Below, one piece after another: positions 52,494 to 64,000 of a stretch of 64,000 nt of DNA. The notes beneath the pieces are model-generated. The model did no database searches. It was not told where the DNA came from and worked only from the letters and a program-made list of their open reading frames with translations. The stretch lies in NCBI RefSeq assembly GCF_006345805.1, contig NW_021833439.1, positions 1-64,000 on the forward strand. The letters are read 5' to 3'. The translations under genes were made by a program, and so were the position numbers. The stretch is from Octopus sinensis. Taxonomy: Eukaryota. Positions within the stretch are counted from its first letter, which is position 1; each line of letters starts with the position of its first letter.

Positions 52494-53308
52494 GCTAGCT
52501 AGTTTAAACTTAGTCTTAGAGGTCTAGTATCGTAAGTATTTGAAATTGCGTTCATTGTTTTGTGCACCAACAAATTTTACAACGATTATACAATAGCCAC
52601 TGTTATTATATTAGCCTAAACTAAAGTTGCGTAGTTATTCTGAATTGCTCTAACACACAGCTTAGTCCCAACTTTAACCTTTTCCCGCTTAAATTCCCTT
52701 CTTTCATGAATAATACGTATAAAAATAATCCTAAATAACGAGAAACCCTTGACATTTCAAATGAATTCATTAAATTGCCCTTTTCCTTGTAATTTCTTTT
52801 ATTTTTTAAAATTTCATTATAATTTCCGCAACAAATTAAATGTTTATTGTGTTTGACTTTAATCAAAACAATGCAACTTAACCTTTCCCTCAAGTCTCGT
52901 ATCTTCAAAGTAATTACGTAAGATATTTGTCTAAATGTCAGCCATTGTATTTAAACAGAAGAACAAAAAGAAAAGGAAAGTAATTACGAACAAATGAAGG
53001 TGCCCTCCAAGTGCTTGGCTTAGCGTAATAGAAATAGTGGCGATACTTTACTCCAAACTAAACGCCATTACGTTATGTTATGCAATAACGGATACCATTA
53101 AAAATTAGAGGATAGTTAAGGCTGGAACCCGTTTCATTGCACCGTGACTGATCGAGCAGGGTTCATCAGGGGCTGCACAACATGAGCAGTCACAACTACA
53201 ATAATAACAATAATAAAAGCAAACGCAAATGGACTTATGATTGGAGAGTAATGAAGTACGATCCACCTACATTCACTTTTGTTTACAATATATATATATA
53301 TATATATA

Positions 53309-53609
53309 CTAGCAGTATCGCCCGGCGTTGCTCGGGTTTGTAAGGGAAATAACTATATAAGCATTTTTAGAGAGTTACTTCCCTTATATAATAGCAAAAA
53401 AATGCATTAAAAATGGGAAAAAATTATGGTAAATTTTATTTTAAAAATCGTAGATTCATCGTAGACGCGCGCTAATACCCAGAAGGCTCGATATGAATCA
53501 CGACTATAAGATACCCACTTTTGGTTAAACTGCACTGCAAAATGTGGAGTAGTTAGGAATCTAAATCGTAGGAACAGACACTCACACAACTTCACTTTTA
53601 TATATAAAG

Positions 53610-53610
<1 letters not shown>
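53309..53610 (-). mobile_element. Non-autonomous Helitron
   Basis: Minus strand A|TCTTTATATATAAAAG ... CCCGAGCAACGCCGGG hairpin (53321-53336) ... CTAG|T; no TSD, AT target. Confidence 0.85.
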
Positions 53611-53658
<48 letters not shown>

Positions 53659-53684
53659 CAGGATAAAAAAGTGTTTGTGTGTGG

Positions 53685-53872
53685 TTGTGTGTCTAATATT
53701 GCTCTCTACCACTGCTTGACAACCGGTGCTGGTGTGTTTACGTTCCCATAACTTAGCAGTTCAGCCCAAGAACCAGTACCAAGCTTTAAAAAAGAAAAAA
53801 ATTCTGTAGTTAATTCTCCAAAACGGTGCTCCAGCATGGCCGCAGTCTAATGACTAAAACAAGGAAAAAAAA
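53685..53872 (+). mobile_element. Family B SINE 3' half
   Basis: gcttgacaaccggtgctggtgtgtttacg...gtgctccagcatggccgcagtc. Confidence 0.8.
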
Positions 53873-54233
53873 AATAAAACATAAAAAAGATTCTTCATTC
53901 TCACGTTAATAATTAATTCAGCTTTGCATTCTGCTTTTCGACAGAACTGTCATTAAAGAGCTTAAGGGAGTTTAACGGGATTAATGATTGATAGATGGCT
54001 AGACTTAGGGGAAGTTTACAATACACAAATCACAGATCGGCTCACACAAGAATGATTAAACGGATAACGTATTTGTGTCAAACAGCCTTCTGTCAATTAG
54101 ATATGCAAATATGTGTATATGTGACTGATGAGGAAATATATGCATAAATATATATACATACAAAATTATGTATACCTTCAATCTATCTATCTATCTGTCC
54201 ATCTGTTTGTCTGCCTCTCTGTCAGTGTATCTG

Positions 54234-54273
<40 letters not shown>

Positions 54274-54445
54274 TATTTAATTGAACAAAAAGCATCCATT
54301 TTCGAGTCAGTTTATATATCTATCTATCTATCCATCTGTCTACGTATATATGCATATATATATATATGTATTATATTATATTAATATTTAATTGAACATC
54401 ACGCATCAATTTTCGAGTAAGTTTATCTATCTATCTATCTATCTA

Positions 54446-54498
<53 letters not shown>

Positions 54499-54604
54499 GT
54501 CTGTCTATAAAAGAAGTCCCATTGCATTAGAATGCCCTGTGTAATATAATTCTGCCCGTGTTGTGTAGACAATCCTTAATTCCATTTTGAAATTCAACAA
54601 TCCT

Positions 54605-54820
54605 ATAATACTTTCTATTATAGGAAAACGGCCTGAAATTTGAGGGAGGGGGATAGTCGATTAAATCGACCCCAGTACGCAAATGGTACTTAATTTATCA
54701 ACCCGATAAGATGAAAGTCAAAGTCGACCCTAGCGGAATTTGAACTCAGAACGTAAACACAGGCGAAATACTGCTAGCGTTTCACCCGGCGTGCTCACGA
54801 TTCTGCCAGCTCACCGACTT
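54605..54820 (-). mobile_element. Family A SINE, tail variant 2
   Basis: Consensus match. Confidence 0.85.
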
Positions 54821-54844
54821 CAATCATCCTATAAGCTTTTCTAC

Positions 54845-55600
54845 TCTTGGTAGGAGGTACTAAATTTTTGGAAACAAAGCCAGTCAATTAGACTGATCCC
54901 TGTACACAATTGGTACTTAATTTATCGAACCTCGAAAGGATGAAGGGCAAAATCGACCTCAGCGCGACTTGAACTTATAACTTAAAGACAGGCGAAATAC
55001 CTATTTTTTTACTACCCACAAGGGGCTAAACACAGAGATGACAAACAAGGACAGACAAACGGATTAAGTCGATTATATCGACTCCAGTGCGTAGATAGAT
55101 AGATATACTTAATTTATCGACTCCGAAAGGATGAAAGGCAAAGTCGACCTCGACGGAAGTTGAGCTCAGAACGTAGCGGCAGACGACATACCTATTTCTT
55201 TACTACCCATAAGGGGCTAAACACAGAGAGGACAAACAAGGACAGCCAAACGGATTTAGTCGATTGTAACGACCTCAGTGCGTAACTGGTACTTATTTAA
55301 TAGACCCCGAAAGGATGAAAGGCAAAGTCGACCTCGGCGGAATTTGAACTCAGAACGTAGCTGCAGACGAAATACCTATTTCTTTACTACCCACAAGGGG
55401 CTAAACACAGAGGGGACAAACAAGGACAGACGAACGGATTAAATCGATTACATCGACCCCAGAGCGTAACTGGTACTTAATTTTATCGACCTCGAAAGGA
55501 TGAAAGGCAAAGTAGACCTCGGCGGAATTTGAACTCGGACGTAGCGGCAGACGAAATACTGCTACGCATTTTGCCCGGCGTGCTAACGATTCCACCAGCT
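54845..55600 (-). mobile_element. Family A SINE multimer: head, 3 tail-1 units, 1 tail-2 unit
   Basis: Unit starts at 55003, 55194, 55378; single head near 55560-55595. Confidence 0.9.
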
Positions 55601-56414
55601 CAACGTCTTCAACCTTCCTATAATCGCCCACTCAAAAACCTGTTACCAACAGCGCTATTGTTCTGAACAACAAGAGTGATAACGAGATAGATAGACAGAT
55701 AGATAGATAGATATATAGATAGGTACATACATTCATATGCATATACATCTATTAATAAACGAATTGGTGTCCGTGTATATAACTATATTGCGTTTATTAT
55801 TCAGAAGTTTGAGTGCATGTAGATATGTATGTACATACACGCATACACACACATACGTGCATGTATGTGTGTGCGTATCTGTACGCATGTTGTCTGGGTG
55901 TATGTATGCGTGTAGATACGTGCGTATGTATATTTAATTAGGCCTTTTAGTTTGCTCTGAATGTACGACAAAAACATGACAATCAGGCTTAAAAGCGTTG
56001 GGTCGAATTAGTGGATTGGCGACTAAATTAAGACAGTGTCGTAAATGGTGCTATAGAAATATCAGGGCCAGACACAACCGTAAACATAACACCATTAGCA
56101 GCTACAAACTAATATATATATGTATATATATATATGTATATATATGTACATATTGGGGAGAGAGAAAGTCAGGGAGACAAAGAGTGAGACATAGAGAAAG
56201 AGGATGAGAGAGAGAGAGAGAAGAGGACAGACAAAGAGACAGACAATTATTCAGATCAATAGAGGAAACCTTTGTGTTTCTTAATGCTTTTGTGTGTATG
56301 AAACATAGCATGTTTTAATGACTGTAATCTCTCTCTCTTACGTCCAAGTAATTAGGGCATATGAATACGTTTCCCGCCCCCCATCTTATATAAATATAAC
56401 ATATATATACATAC

Positions 56415-56448
<34 letters not shown>

Positions 56449-56455
56449 GTATATA

Positions 56456-56516
<61 letters not shown>

Positions 56517-56596
56517 CCACGTACAATCATACGTCGCGTACGCACACACACACATATATATGTGTATATGTGTATGTATGTATGTCGTCACCATCA

Positions 56597-56825
56597 TCTC
56601 GTATCATAGGATGTAATTTCCCCTTTGCTGATCGCTTCATTTATAGTGACAGTGATGGCGCTGCTGACTCTGTCGAACAATTCTTTCAGGGTAGAGGGTC
56701 GCGGGCGTTGGCTACCTGGCGATGTTGAAGGAGGACGAGGCTGATTTTGTCCAGCCTTTCTCTCTAGTCGTATCATTTCTTCCCTTTCTCCTCTTGTGGC
56801 TTCGAAGTTTTTAGCTCCGCTTGTT
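56597..56825 (-). pseudogene. Possible Penelope-like ORF remnant (region N-terminal to the RT core)
   Basis: Frameshifted ...KPQEEKG...RERLDK...RDP / TLKELFDRVSSAITVTINEAISKGEIT weakly resembles the KPADKG...RQL...DPT...G.I segment of Penelope ORFs. Confidence 0.3.
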
Positions 56826-56892
56826 TATCTACGCATACAGACATGCATGTATATACATATGTGTGTGTATATGTGTGTGTATGTATATATAT

Positions 56893-57072
56893 ATTTTTTC
56901 TCTCATTCTTTTCTCTCCTTGATTTTTTCTGTGTATCTTTCTGTCGAAGAGCGTAGGCTCGAAACGTAAAAGACTTTTTCTATTTCTATTCCTGAGCGCT
57001 ATACTAATACATTTGTTTGTTTGTACTCCACGTGCCTTCGTCTTTTGTTTATTTTCGTAAACCTTCCCGTTA
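56893..57072 (+). mobile_element. Family E hammerhead-bearing short element
   Basis: Third copy of the family in the window, between TA tracts. Confidence 0.78.
56936..56973 (+). ncRNA. Minimal type I hammerhead-like motif, A6U variant
   Basis: ucuuu-CUGUCGA-a-GAGC guag GCUC-GAAA-CGUA|aaaga: stem I 5 bp, stem II 4 bp, palindromic ACGU stem III, GUA triplet. Confidence 0.65.
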
Positions 57073-57197
57073 TATATATATATATATATATATTGATAGA
57101 AATGGTAAGACAACAAAAGAATGAAAGAGACCTCGATATTATGTAAATAGAGGAATTTATCTGTAAATGTAATATGTGACAATTATTCGGTAGCCTT

Positions 57198-57258
57198 GAT
57201 AAAAATCCGAGTTTCGGATGTCGTGGTGGAAACCCAAGCCGCCATCTCTTCAGTTATC
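57198..57258 (-). ncRNA. Hammerhead-like motif with canonical core and long stem II
   Basis: gauaa-CUGAAGA-gaug...cauc-c-GAAA-cucgga-uuu|uuauc; stem I 5 bp; C15.2 opposite U (mismatch). Confidence 0.5.
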
Positions 57259-58139
57259 CAGCCATCGGAAAAAAAATTCTATGAAAATGACCGTTAATCA
57301 AAGGGAAATTACTGTGTGATTGACCGTTGTTAAGACTAAAGAGGTATTCGAATGACCGCTAAGTGAGGAGAGGGAGAATACTATGAACATTTTTACCCCT
57401 TTACTTTTACTCCCTCCCCTCATTAACCGTTGAGATTCGCCTGTCTCTAATCAACTCCGCATAATTCTAGTGCTGTAACAGACACCCATCAGTAAGAGAA
57501 TTAATATATTCTTTGCTTCATATAATGATTACCTCAGTTAACTGTGGTGCCATGCACTTCTTGCGGGTCGTCCTACAAAAATTATATACGCACACATATA
57601 AACATACGCATATGTAAACACCCACACACCCACATTCGCATATATATATATATATATATATTTATTTATATATATATGCGAGAGTGAAGCTGTGTATAAG
57701 TAATACATATACATGGCCTTATTTTTGTGTTTTTCTGTCTTGTATACAGATTTTTTCAAAATTCATAGTTTTGCATTCAAGTATTGAAATATTTTTAAAT
57801 TATGGCAATCACCAGACCCAGTTTATTTGCAATTACTTCGCAAAAGGCAGCAGCTGGTAAATATTTAGATCAGTTAATGGCATGTCCGTCCATCTGTTTA
57901 TCAACCTATTAATCAAATACGCCATTTAATTTTCTAGATACTAATACTTTTAGCTATCTGTATATCTATACGAACTATTTTGTGATCGATACATAATTTG
58001 CATACCCTTAAGGCTGTTTTTTTTCTTTCTACGAACCCTTTTGATCTAAAACCTACCCCACTTTTTCTCCCCCCACCTAAAGCTCTACTTTGTAATTTGT
58101 CCCATGTGTGTCCAGCCCTGTGTGGCTAATAACGAAACA

Positions 58140-58224
<85 letters not shown>

Positions 58225-58599
58225 GTCTCTCCGGCATTCTATCTGTCTGTTTGTCTGACTCTCTGTATGTATGTATACGTATGCATACATACATAAATAC
58301 TTACATACACATGTATACACGCTGCAGTACACATTTCCTCGTATTTAAGTCTCTTTCTCTCTGTTTGGTATTACTTATACTGTTTGGTAAGTAATTGTAG
58401 CGGAATGTAAGTTATTTGCCACGTGTTAATTAGTTGCTTGTTTGCAAGGACAATTAGCGCAAACTGAAGATGACATGTCGTAGTAGTTTAGAGCGTTTGA
58501 GTTCTCTGTTAGTAAATTACAGACACCGATGGGAAGAGATACCAAGTGTTCAACTCACCTTACGAGTGTGCACCAACGTCTAGCTTAAAAAATAGCATT

Positions 58600-59330
58600 T
58601 TTTTTACTCGTTTTAGTCAATGGACTGTGGCAATGCTGGAGCAACTCCCTGGAAGATCTACGTCGAAACATTCGACCCTAGTATTCATTGTTTTTGTTTT
58701 TTATAAAGCCTGGTGCTAACTCTATCGGGGTCTTTTGTCGAAACGCTAAGTCACAGGGACAAAACAAACCAATGGGTGTAGATGAGCGTTGGCGGGGTGA
58801 TAAACACAAATGTAGACATATACACGCACATACACATGCATACACACACACATTCACACACGCACGGACACACATGCACACGCATACACACAGACCGACA
58901 CACACACATGATACACACAGGCACACAGAAACGTACACATGCACAGACACACACACACACATAGACATACGCACATACACATGCATATACACACACACTC
59001 ACGCACGTACGAACACACACATGCACACGCACACAGACAAAAACACATGCACATGCACACACAGACACACAGAAACGCACACATGCACACACACAGACGC
59101 ACAGACTCTCACACATATATACACACTCACACACACATGCACACATACACACACACACATATACACGCGCGCATCCACACACGGTGGGGTTCTTCAGTTT
59201 TGTTTACCAAACACTTATAAGGTATTGCTCAATCCGGATCGATAGTAGAGGACATTTGCCCAGTTTATCCGCATCGTGGATTGATCTCGAAACCACGCGG
59301 TTTCAACATGAACCTCTTACCCATACCAGT
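58600..59330 (-). mobile_element. Family B SINE with ~360-bp expanded internal CA-rich microsatellite
   Basis: B 3' half at ~58600-58800 and 5' half at ~59180-59330 separated by a CA/CAT tract. Confidence 0.75.
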
Positions 59331-59451
59331 CATGTCTGAGTCTATAAGATTCACTTTAACACACTATGTTGTAACCTACAGGGAAAAGAAGAAATACAGA
59401 TTTCTCGCATCTAATACAAATGTACGAATTCCGTAACGCGAATGGATTTTA

Positions 59452-59938
59452 CTTAAGTTAATTTTTTGGCTCAAAAAGCAAAAAGCAAGGCCATGTAGGG
59501 GGACATGGCGTTATGTACAGGGAGGGTGTTCATGCAAAGAGTGCAGGCCATTTCTGGTCAAGAGAGACTTTGAACCGAGCGGTCGTCGGCATCTTCACTA
59601 TCTCGTCCGGCAGCTTATTCCACAGATCCGCTACCCGGACGGAGAAAGCCCCTTTCCTTCGATTGAGATGAAATCCTCGCAGATAGAGCTTTTCGGAGTG
59701 ACCCCGCAGCCGACGCTCTGGAGCAGGAGTGAAGAACAGCTCTTTCGAGAGGTTACACTTTCCGCTTATGATGTTGTGAGCAAGAATGAGATCACTACGG
59801 CGTCGTCGTTTTTCTAGAGAATAAAGGTCGAGCGTCTTCAGCCTTTCTTCATAAGACAAATGCTTGAGACCAAGAACCATGCGGGTAGCCAGCTTCTGGA
59901 CTCTTTCGAGATGATGTATGTCTTTGAGGAGACAAGGA
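59452..59938 (-). mobile_element. CR1-type LINE 3' end, 5'-truncated, reading frame open to the natural stop
   Basis: PCLLKDIHHLERVQKLATRMVLGLKHLSYEERLKTLDLYSLEKRRRRSDLI...FSVRVADLWNKLPDEIV; 3' stem-loop gccatgt-ccccct-acatggc; ttaac-type tail. Confidence 0.93.
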
Positions 59939-60362
59939 TGAAATTGAATCTTTAGCAGCGACGGAAGAATTCTCGCATTGATGGAAGTTTGTTTTTTGTA
60001 AATGTTATATTGGGATTAAATCAAGAAGTATTAATTTTTGTTTTGTTTTGTAGTAGTTTAAGATGAAATTGTGCGAGATCTTTGACATAATTTTAGCATC
60101 TTTTAATTGTTGTGTCCTGCAGTTTTCAATGGAAAAGGCTTCGATTATAGGATTTAGCTGCGATTTCTAGCAGGCCGTGGTATGGCATAGTGAATGAATC
60201 GCAAGGCAAAAAAGAAAGAAAAAATCACAACAAAGAAAGAAAAAAAACGTTCTCAGACTCTGAGATTTCTCTACCAAATGCCAAAAATCTATCTCTATGA
60301 ATCTATCAACCTTATGCTATATCCACCTTCTCTCCTCCTTCTCGTCGTCGTGTTTCTCCGCC

Positions 60363-60373
60363 CTACTACCACC

Positions 60374-60414
<41 letters not shown>

Positions 60415-60501
60415 CACCACCACACTACTACTACTACTACTACTACCAATACTACTACTACTACAACTACTACTACTACTACCACCACCACCAGAACTAC
60501 C

Positions 60502-60536
<35 letters not shown>

Positions 60537-60667
60537 CACTACTACCACTACTACTACCACCACCACCACCACCGCCACCACCACTACTACTACTACTACT
60601 AGTGCCACTACTACTACTACTACTACAACTACTACTACTACTACCACTACTATTACCACCACCACCG

Positions 60668-60704
<37 letters not shown>

Positions 60705-60742
60705 AACTACTACTATTACCACTACTATTACCACCACCACCG

Positions 60743-60787
<45 letters not shown>

Positions 60788-60812
60788 TTACTACTACCAC
60801 CACCACCACCAA
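60363..60812. repeat. (CTA/CCA)n compound trinucleotide array
   Basis: Direct inspection; source of the polyL/P/S/G/V/Y pseudo-ORFs. Confidence 0.95.
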
Positions 60813-61793
60813 CAACATCACCCCACCCCCACACAACAACATTTATCCCATTCACATCGTGCTCACCTTTCCTCTCGATAAAACATGACCGCTCCGCCTA
60901 TCTACAGGTATGAACGACGAACGAAGGAACGAACAGCGAACAACAAAACAGTAAAAAAAAATAAAAACCCCCAACAACAACTGCATCAGCATCAGTAAGA
61001 ACCATTATGTTCTTTTATTTTTTGATGTTATTTGATCAGATTCCCCCCCCCCACCCCAAAATTAAACAAGAACAATTATTCTTACGGAACAGAAGATTCG
61101 CCTCCAACCAGATACAGAACCCTCAAAAAAAAAATATATAAAGATATATATATGTATATACAATGCATGTTTTATGTGAACGTCTCTCAATTTAAGACCC
61201 ATTAATTACTGGAGGATGGGGTTTTTTTTTTTTTGTTTATCGTAAACTGCAAGGGCAGCACATGCCAAGTATATTTCTTTTCGAGTTCGTTAGCAAAATG
61301 ATATCAAAGGTGTGTTTCAACATTAAACACCTGGCCAACACTTGAAGTTAACAGACTGCAGATATCTTGGAAATTAAAAGCAAATTATATAAAAGGGCGT
61401 GTTTATTTACTAAACCACACGTATTAAACCCCCGTCCTCACCTCACCCCCACACACTTTTTCTCTCTTCTCTCTCTTTCCATCCCTCCTACCCTACTCTC
61501 TCTCTCTCTCTCTCTCTTCCTCACGCACACACAATCCCGTATACTCACGCACCTACAAACAAAACACCCACGTGCACACACGCATGTATATACGCACATA
61601 CCACATGCACATGGGTATAAAAGTAATGTGTGTGTGTGTATATATATATATGTGTATATATATATACATATACACACACACATACTCATGTACATTAACA
61701 CTCCTCGCTCATACACCCACACATAAATGAAATATAATGTTCATATACATTCACAAATAAACCTACGCATATATATATATAAACGTATATATT

Positions 61794-62066
61794 AGTGACC
61801 CCCTTCGGTCAGACACTGACCATGGGTTTGCACCTAGAGAGTTACCCTCTGAGGCACAAGTCTGGGCAAGGTTGTTGTTTTTTTTTTATTTTTATGGAAG
61901 ACCAACAGTCGCCCATGCATACCGGCCTCCCCTCTCCACGTCACCGATGTTGTCCAAGAGAAAGGCAAGGGCCGATACAGCTTGGCACCTGTGACGTCGC
62001 AACTCATCTCTACAGCTGAGTGAACTGGAGCAACGCGAAATAAAGGGTCTTGCTCAAGAACACAAT
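61794..62066 (-). mobile_element. Family D (MetaSINE-like) SINE, headless, full 3' tail
   Basis: gctgagtgaactggagcaacgcgaaataaagggtcttgctcaagaacacaa core, shared with 22511-22738. Confidence 0.85.
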
Positions 62067-62159
62067 ATATATTTATATATATATACATACTCACAAACAC
62101 ATATGCATTCACCATTCTTGCTCCTCTCGTCCAACTTTTCGACAAACAGCCTAATAGAA

Positions 62160-62620
62160 ATAATCCTTTGTAATATAGGCAGAAGGTCAGAAGTTTGGAG
62201 AAAGGGGACTAATCGATTACATCGATTCCAGTCTTTCACAGGTACTTAATTAATCGACCACGAAAGGATGAGTTGCAAAGCCGATCTCAGTTGAATTTGA
62301 TCTCAGGACTTTGTAGCACATGAAATAGCGCTAAGTATTTTGTCCGGCACGTTAACGATTCTTCCAGTTCGTCGCCTTAATAATCCTTAATAACATATAA
62401 TAATAACATATAATAATCCTTAATAATCCTTTCTATTATAAGCACAAGACCTGAAATATCAGGGGAGGGGCCCAGTCGATTATATCGACCCCAGTACGCA
62501 ACTGCTACTTAAGTTATCAACCCCGAAAGGATGAAAGGCAAAGTCAACCTCGGAAGTATTTGAACTGAGAATGTGAGAATGCCGCTAAGCATTTCGCCCA
62601 GCGTGCTAACGTTTCTGACA
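62160..62620 (-). mobile_element. Two adjacent family A SINEs (tail variant 2)
   Basis: Heads near 62378 and 62615. Confidence 0.8.
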
Positions 62621-62628
62621 TCTCGACG

Positions 62629-63058
62629 CTTTACTCTTTACTCTCTTTTACTCTTTTACTTGTTTCAGTCATTGACTGCGGCCATGCTGGAGCACCGCCT
62701 TTAGTCGAGCAAATCAACCCCGGGACTTATTCTTTGTAAGCCCAGTACTTATTCTATCGGTCTCTTTTGCCGAACCGCTAAGTGACGGGGACGTAAACAC
62801 ACCAGCATCGGTTGTCAAGCAATGCTAGAGGGACAAACACAGACACACAAACATATACACACACATACATACATATATATATATATACATCTATACGACA
62901 GGTTTCTTTCAGTTTCCGTCTACCAAATCCACTCACAAGGCATTGGTCGGCCCGAGGCTATAGCAGAAGACATTTGCCCAAGATGCCACGCAGTGGGACT
63001 GAACCCAGAACCATGTGGTTGGTAGGCAAGCTACTTACCACACAGCCACTGCTGCGCC
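62629..63058 (-). mobile_element. Family B SINE, full length
   Basis: Near-consensus reverse complement of 10102-10512. Confidence 0.92.
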
Positions 63059-63074
63059 TATTAATAATAATATT

Positions 63075-63658
63075 CTTTTCTACTCTAGGCAAAACGCCCG
63101 AAATTTTGGGGGAGGGAGCCATGCGATTAGATCGACCCTAGTACGCAACTGCTACTTAATTTATCAACTCCGAAAGGATGAAAGACAAAGTCGACATCTG
63201 CGGAATTTGAACTCAGAACGTAGCAGCAGATGAAATACCTATTTCTTTACTACCCACAAGGGGCTAAATACAGAGAGGACAAGCAAGGACAGACAAACGG
63301 ATTAAGTCGATTGTAACACGACCCCAGTGCGTAACTGGTACTTACTTAATCGACCCCTAAAGGATGAAAGGCATAGTCGACCTCGGTGGAATTTGAACCC
63401 AGAACGTGAAGACAGACCAAATACCTATTTCTTTACTACCCACAAGGAGCTAAACACAGAGGGGACAAACAAGGACAGACAAAGGGATTAGGCCCATTGT
63501 AACGTCCCAGTGCGTAACTGGTACTTAATTCATCGACCCCGAAAGGATGAAAGGCAAAGTCGACCTCGGAGGAATTTGAACTCAGAACGTAGCGGCAGAC
63601 AAAAAATACCGCTAAGCATTTTGCCCGGCGTGCTAACGTTTCTGCCAGCTCGGCGCCT
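63075..63658 (-). mobile_element. Family A SINE multimer: head, 2 tail-1 units, 1 tail-2 unit
   Basis: Unit starts at 63241 and 63427. Confidence 0.9.
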
Positions 63659-64000
63659 TAATAATAGTAATAATAATAATATTTATAATACACTTGCTAA
63701 CTGAAGATACTACATACAAGAAGCCCTAAAGTGTGAACTTGCAAACTAAGATGTCAAAGACCGGATGGTCTTCAACGAACTACTGTTGCTTTGCTTTGCT
63801 TTCTTTGAATACTTTTTCGTTTCCTTGTTTTTTTAATTAAGGAACCGAACGCGCCAGAAGTGTCAAAATGAAGTCTGAATGGCTTTAAATTAGAATCTAT
63901 AGCTATATTGATATAAAAGAAATCTCTTAATATTCTTTCGGAAAAATATATAGACGAAGAGAAGTCACAACCCACTCCACACTACCAAGAGAAAAAAAAT

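Overview
AT-rich, microsatellite-dense eukaryotic DNA with no intact protein-coding gene that I can support. The repeat content points to an octopus (cephalopod) intron or intergenic region; this is an inference from the repeats, not a database match. Nearly all listed ORFs are microsatellite or SINE artefacts. Content: (i) four tRNA-derived SINE families (labelled A-D here), many with readable target-site duplications (TSDs); family A forms head-to-tail multimers and family C has one head joined to four different tails; (ii) LINE ORF2 3' remnants, including two CR1-type ends in opposite orientation; (iii) DNA-transposon relics: a Tc1 5' fragment, a Merlin-like MITE with an 8-bp TSD, a non-autonomous Helitron and several foldbacks, one with TTAGGG repeats at its axis; (iv) the most notable signal, a set of minimal type I hammerhead ribozyme (HHR) motifs of the Penelope-associated kind. 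They have palindromic stem III and non-canonical cores (U3:A8 covariant, A6U, U4C) and sit in at least five unrelated short elements, two of them at the axis of long hairpins. A few + strand exon-like segments are reported at low confidence. SINE boundaries without a stated TSD are approximate.
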